Source: Kiloniellales bacterium
GTDB lineage: Bacteria > Pseudomonadota > Alphaproteobacteria > Kiloniellales > J153
Length of the DNA: 48,212 nt
Assembly (NCBI GenBank): GCA_036444495.1
Contig: JAZGBC010000059.1
Location: 1-48,212 of the forward strand
Reading direction: 5' to 3'
The notes under the pieces were generated by a model, which was not told the DNA's origin, ran no database searches, and saw nothing but the letters and a program-made list of their open reading frames with translations. Position numbers and translations under genes: made by a program. This document shows positions 48,137-48,212 of this stretch, in pieces (positions within the stretch are counted from its first letter, which is position 1; every line of letters begins with the position of its first letter).

Positions 48137-48212
48137 GCGGGGCGCACTGCGCTGCCCCACCCTTCGTCCCTCGACAGGCTCGGGATGAGGAAGCTCAGGG
48201 TGAGGTCCTCAT

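Noticed and set aside
48140-48212. The terminal sequence ...CTCGACAGGCTCGGGATGAGGAAGCTCAGGGTGAGG... resembles short dispersed GC-rich repeat motifs that create spurious small ORFs in some alphaproteobacterial genomes. A small GCGCA-C-TGCGC palindrome lies at about 48146-48156.
   Set aside because: The sequence is truncated by the window edge and there is no second copy in this window. It cannot be evaluated here.

Overview
This is a GC-rich, alphaproteobacterial-type chromosomal segment. I recognised no rRNA, tRNA, CRISPR array or transposase. It is mostly core genome, centred on the minus-strand replication block rpsT-dnaA-dnaN-recF-gyrB. The flanks carry tctCBA, yciB, gmhA-hldE, speH-speE, cobT/cobS-cobC, ugpBAEC plus a GpdQ-like phosphodiesterase, an AraC-Ogt fusion, a class A PBP, mutM, ubiE-ubiB, coaBC-dut and Rrf2-cysK-E1-like-DUF1194. 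Many long ORFs in the track are antisense or off-frame artefacts of high GC.

The most unusual signal is a family of non-coding palindromic elements with AGTACCC...GGGTACT termini.
- Two 268-bp direct copies bracket ubiE exactly. One ends 2 nt before its ATG and the other starts inside its TAG stop.
- Their terminal inverted repeats co-vary between copies. They enclose a conserved core of about 152 nt made of nested hairpins, and the few substitutions there fall in loops or preserve pairing.
- Shorter relatives sit at the mutM stop codon and in the ugpB-ugpA spacer.
- I cannot assign this element to a named repeat or RNA family.

Other notable items:
- a low-GC islet of about 0.9 kb between ubiB and coaBC, carrying a Phd/YefM-type antitoxin and a PemK/MazF-like toxin behind a near-consensus promoter with three TACGTA operator repeats
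- a MipZ-type ATPase fused to a TerB-like N-terminal domain
- a divergent pair of degenerate HD-GYP and EAL proteins
- a secreted protein with a proline-rich 48-bp tandem repeat and a six-cysteine C-terminal module
- an AT-rich non-coding region of about 750 bp upstream of dnaA
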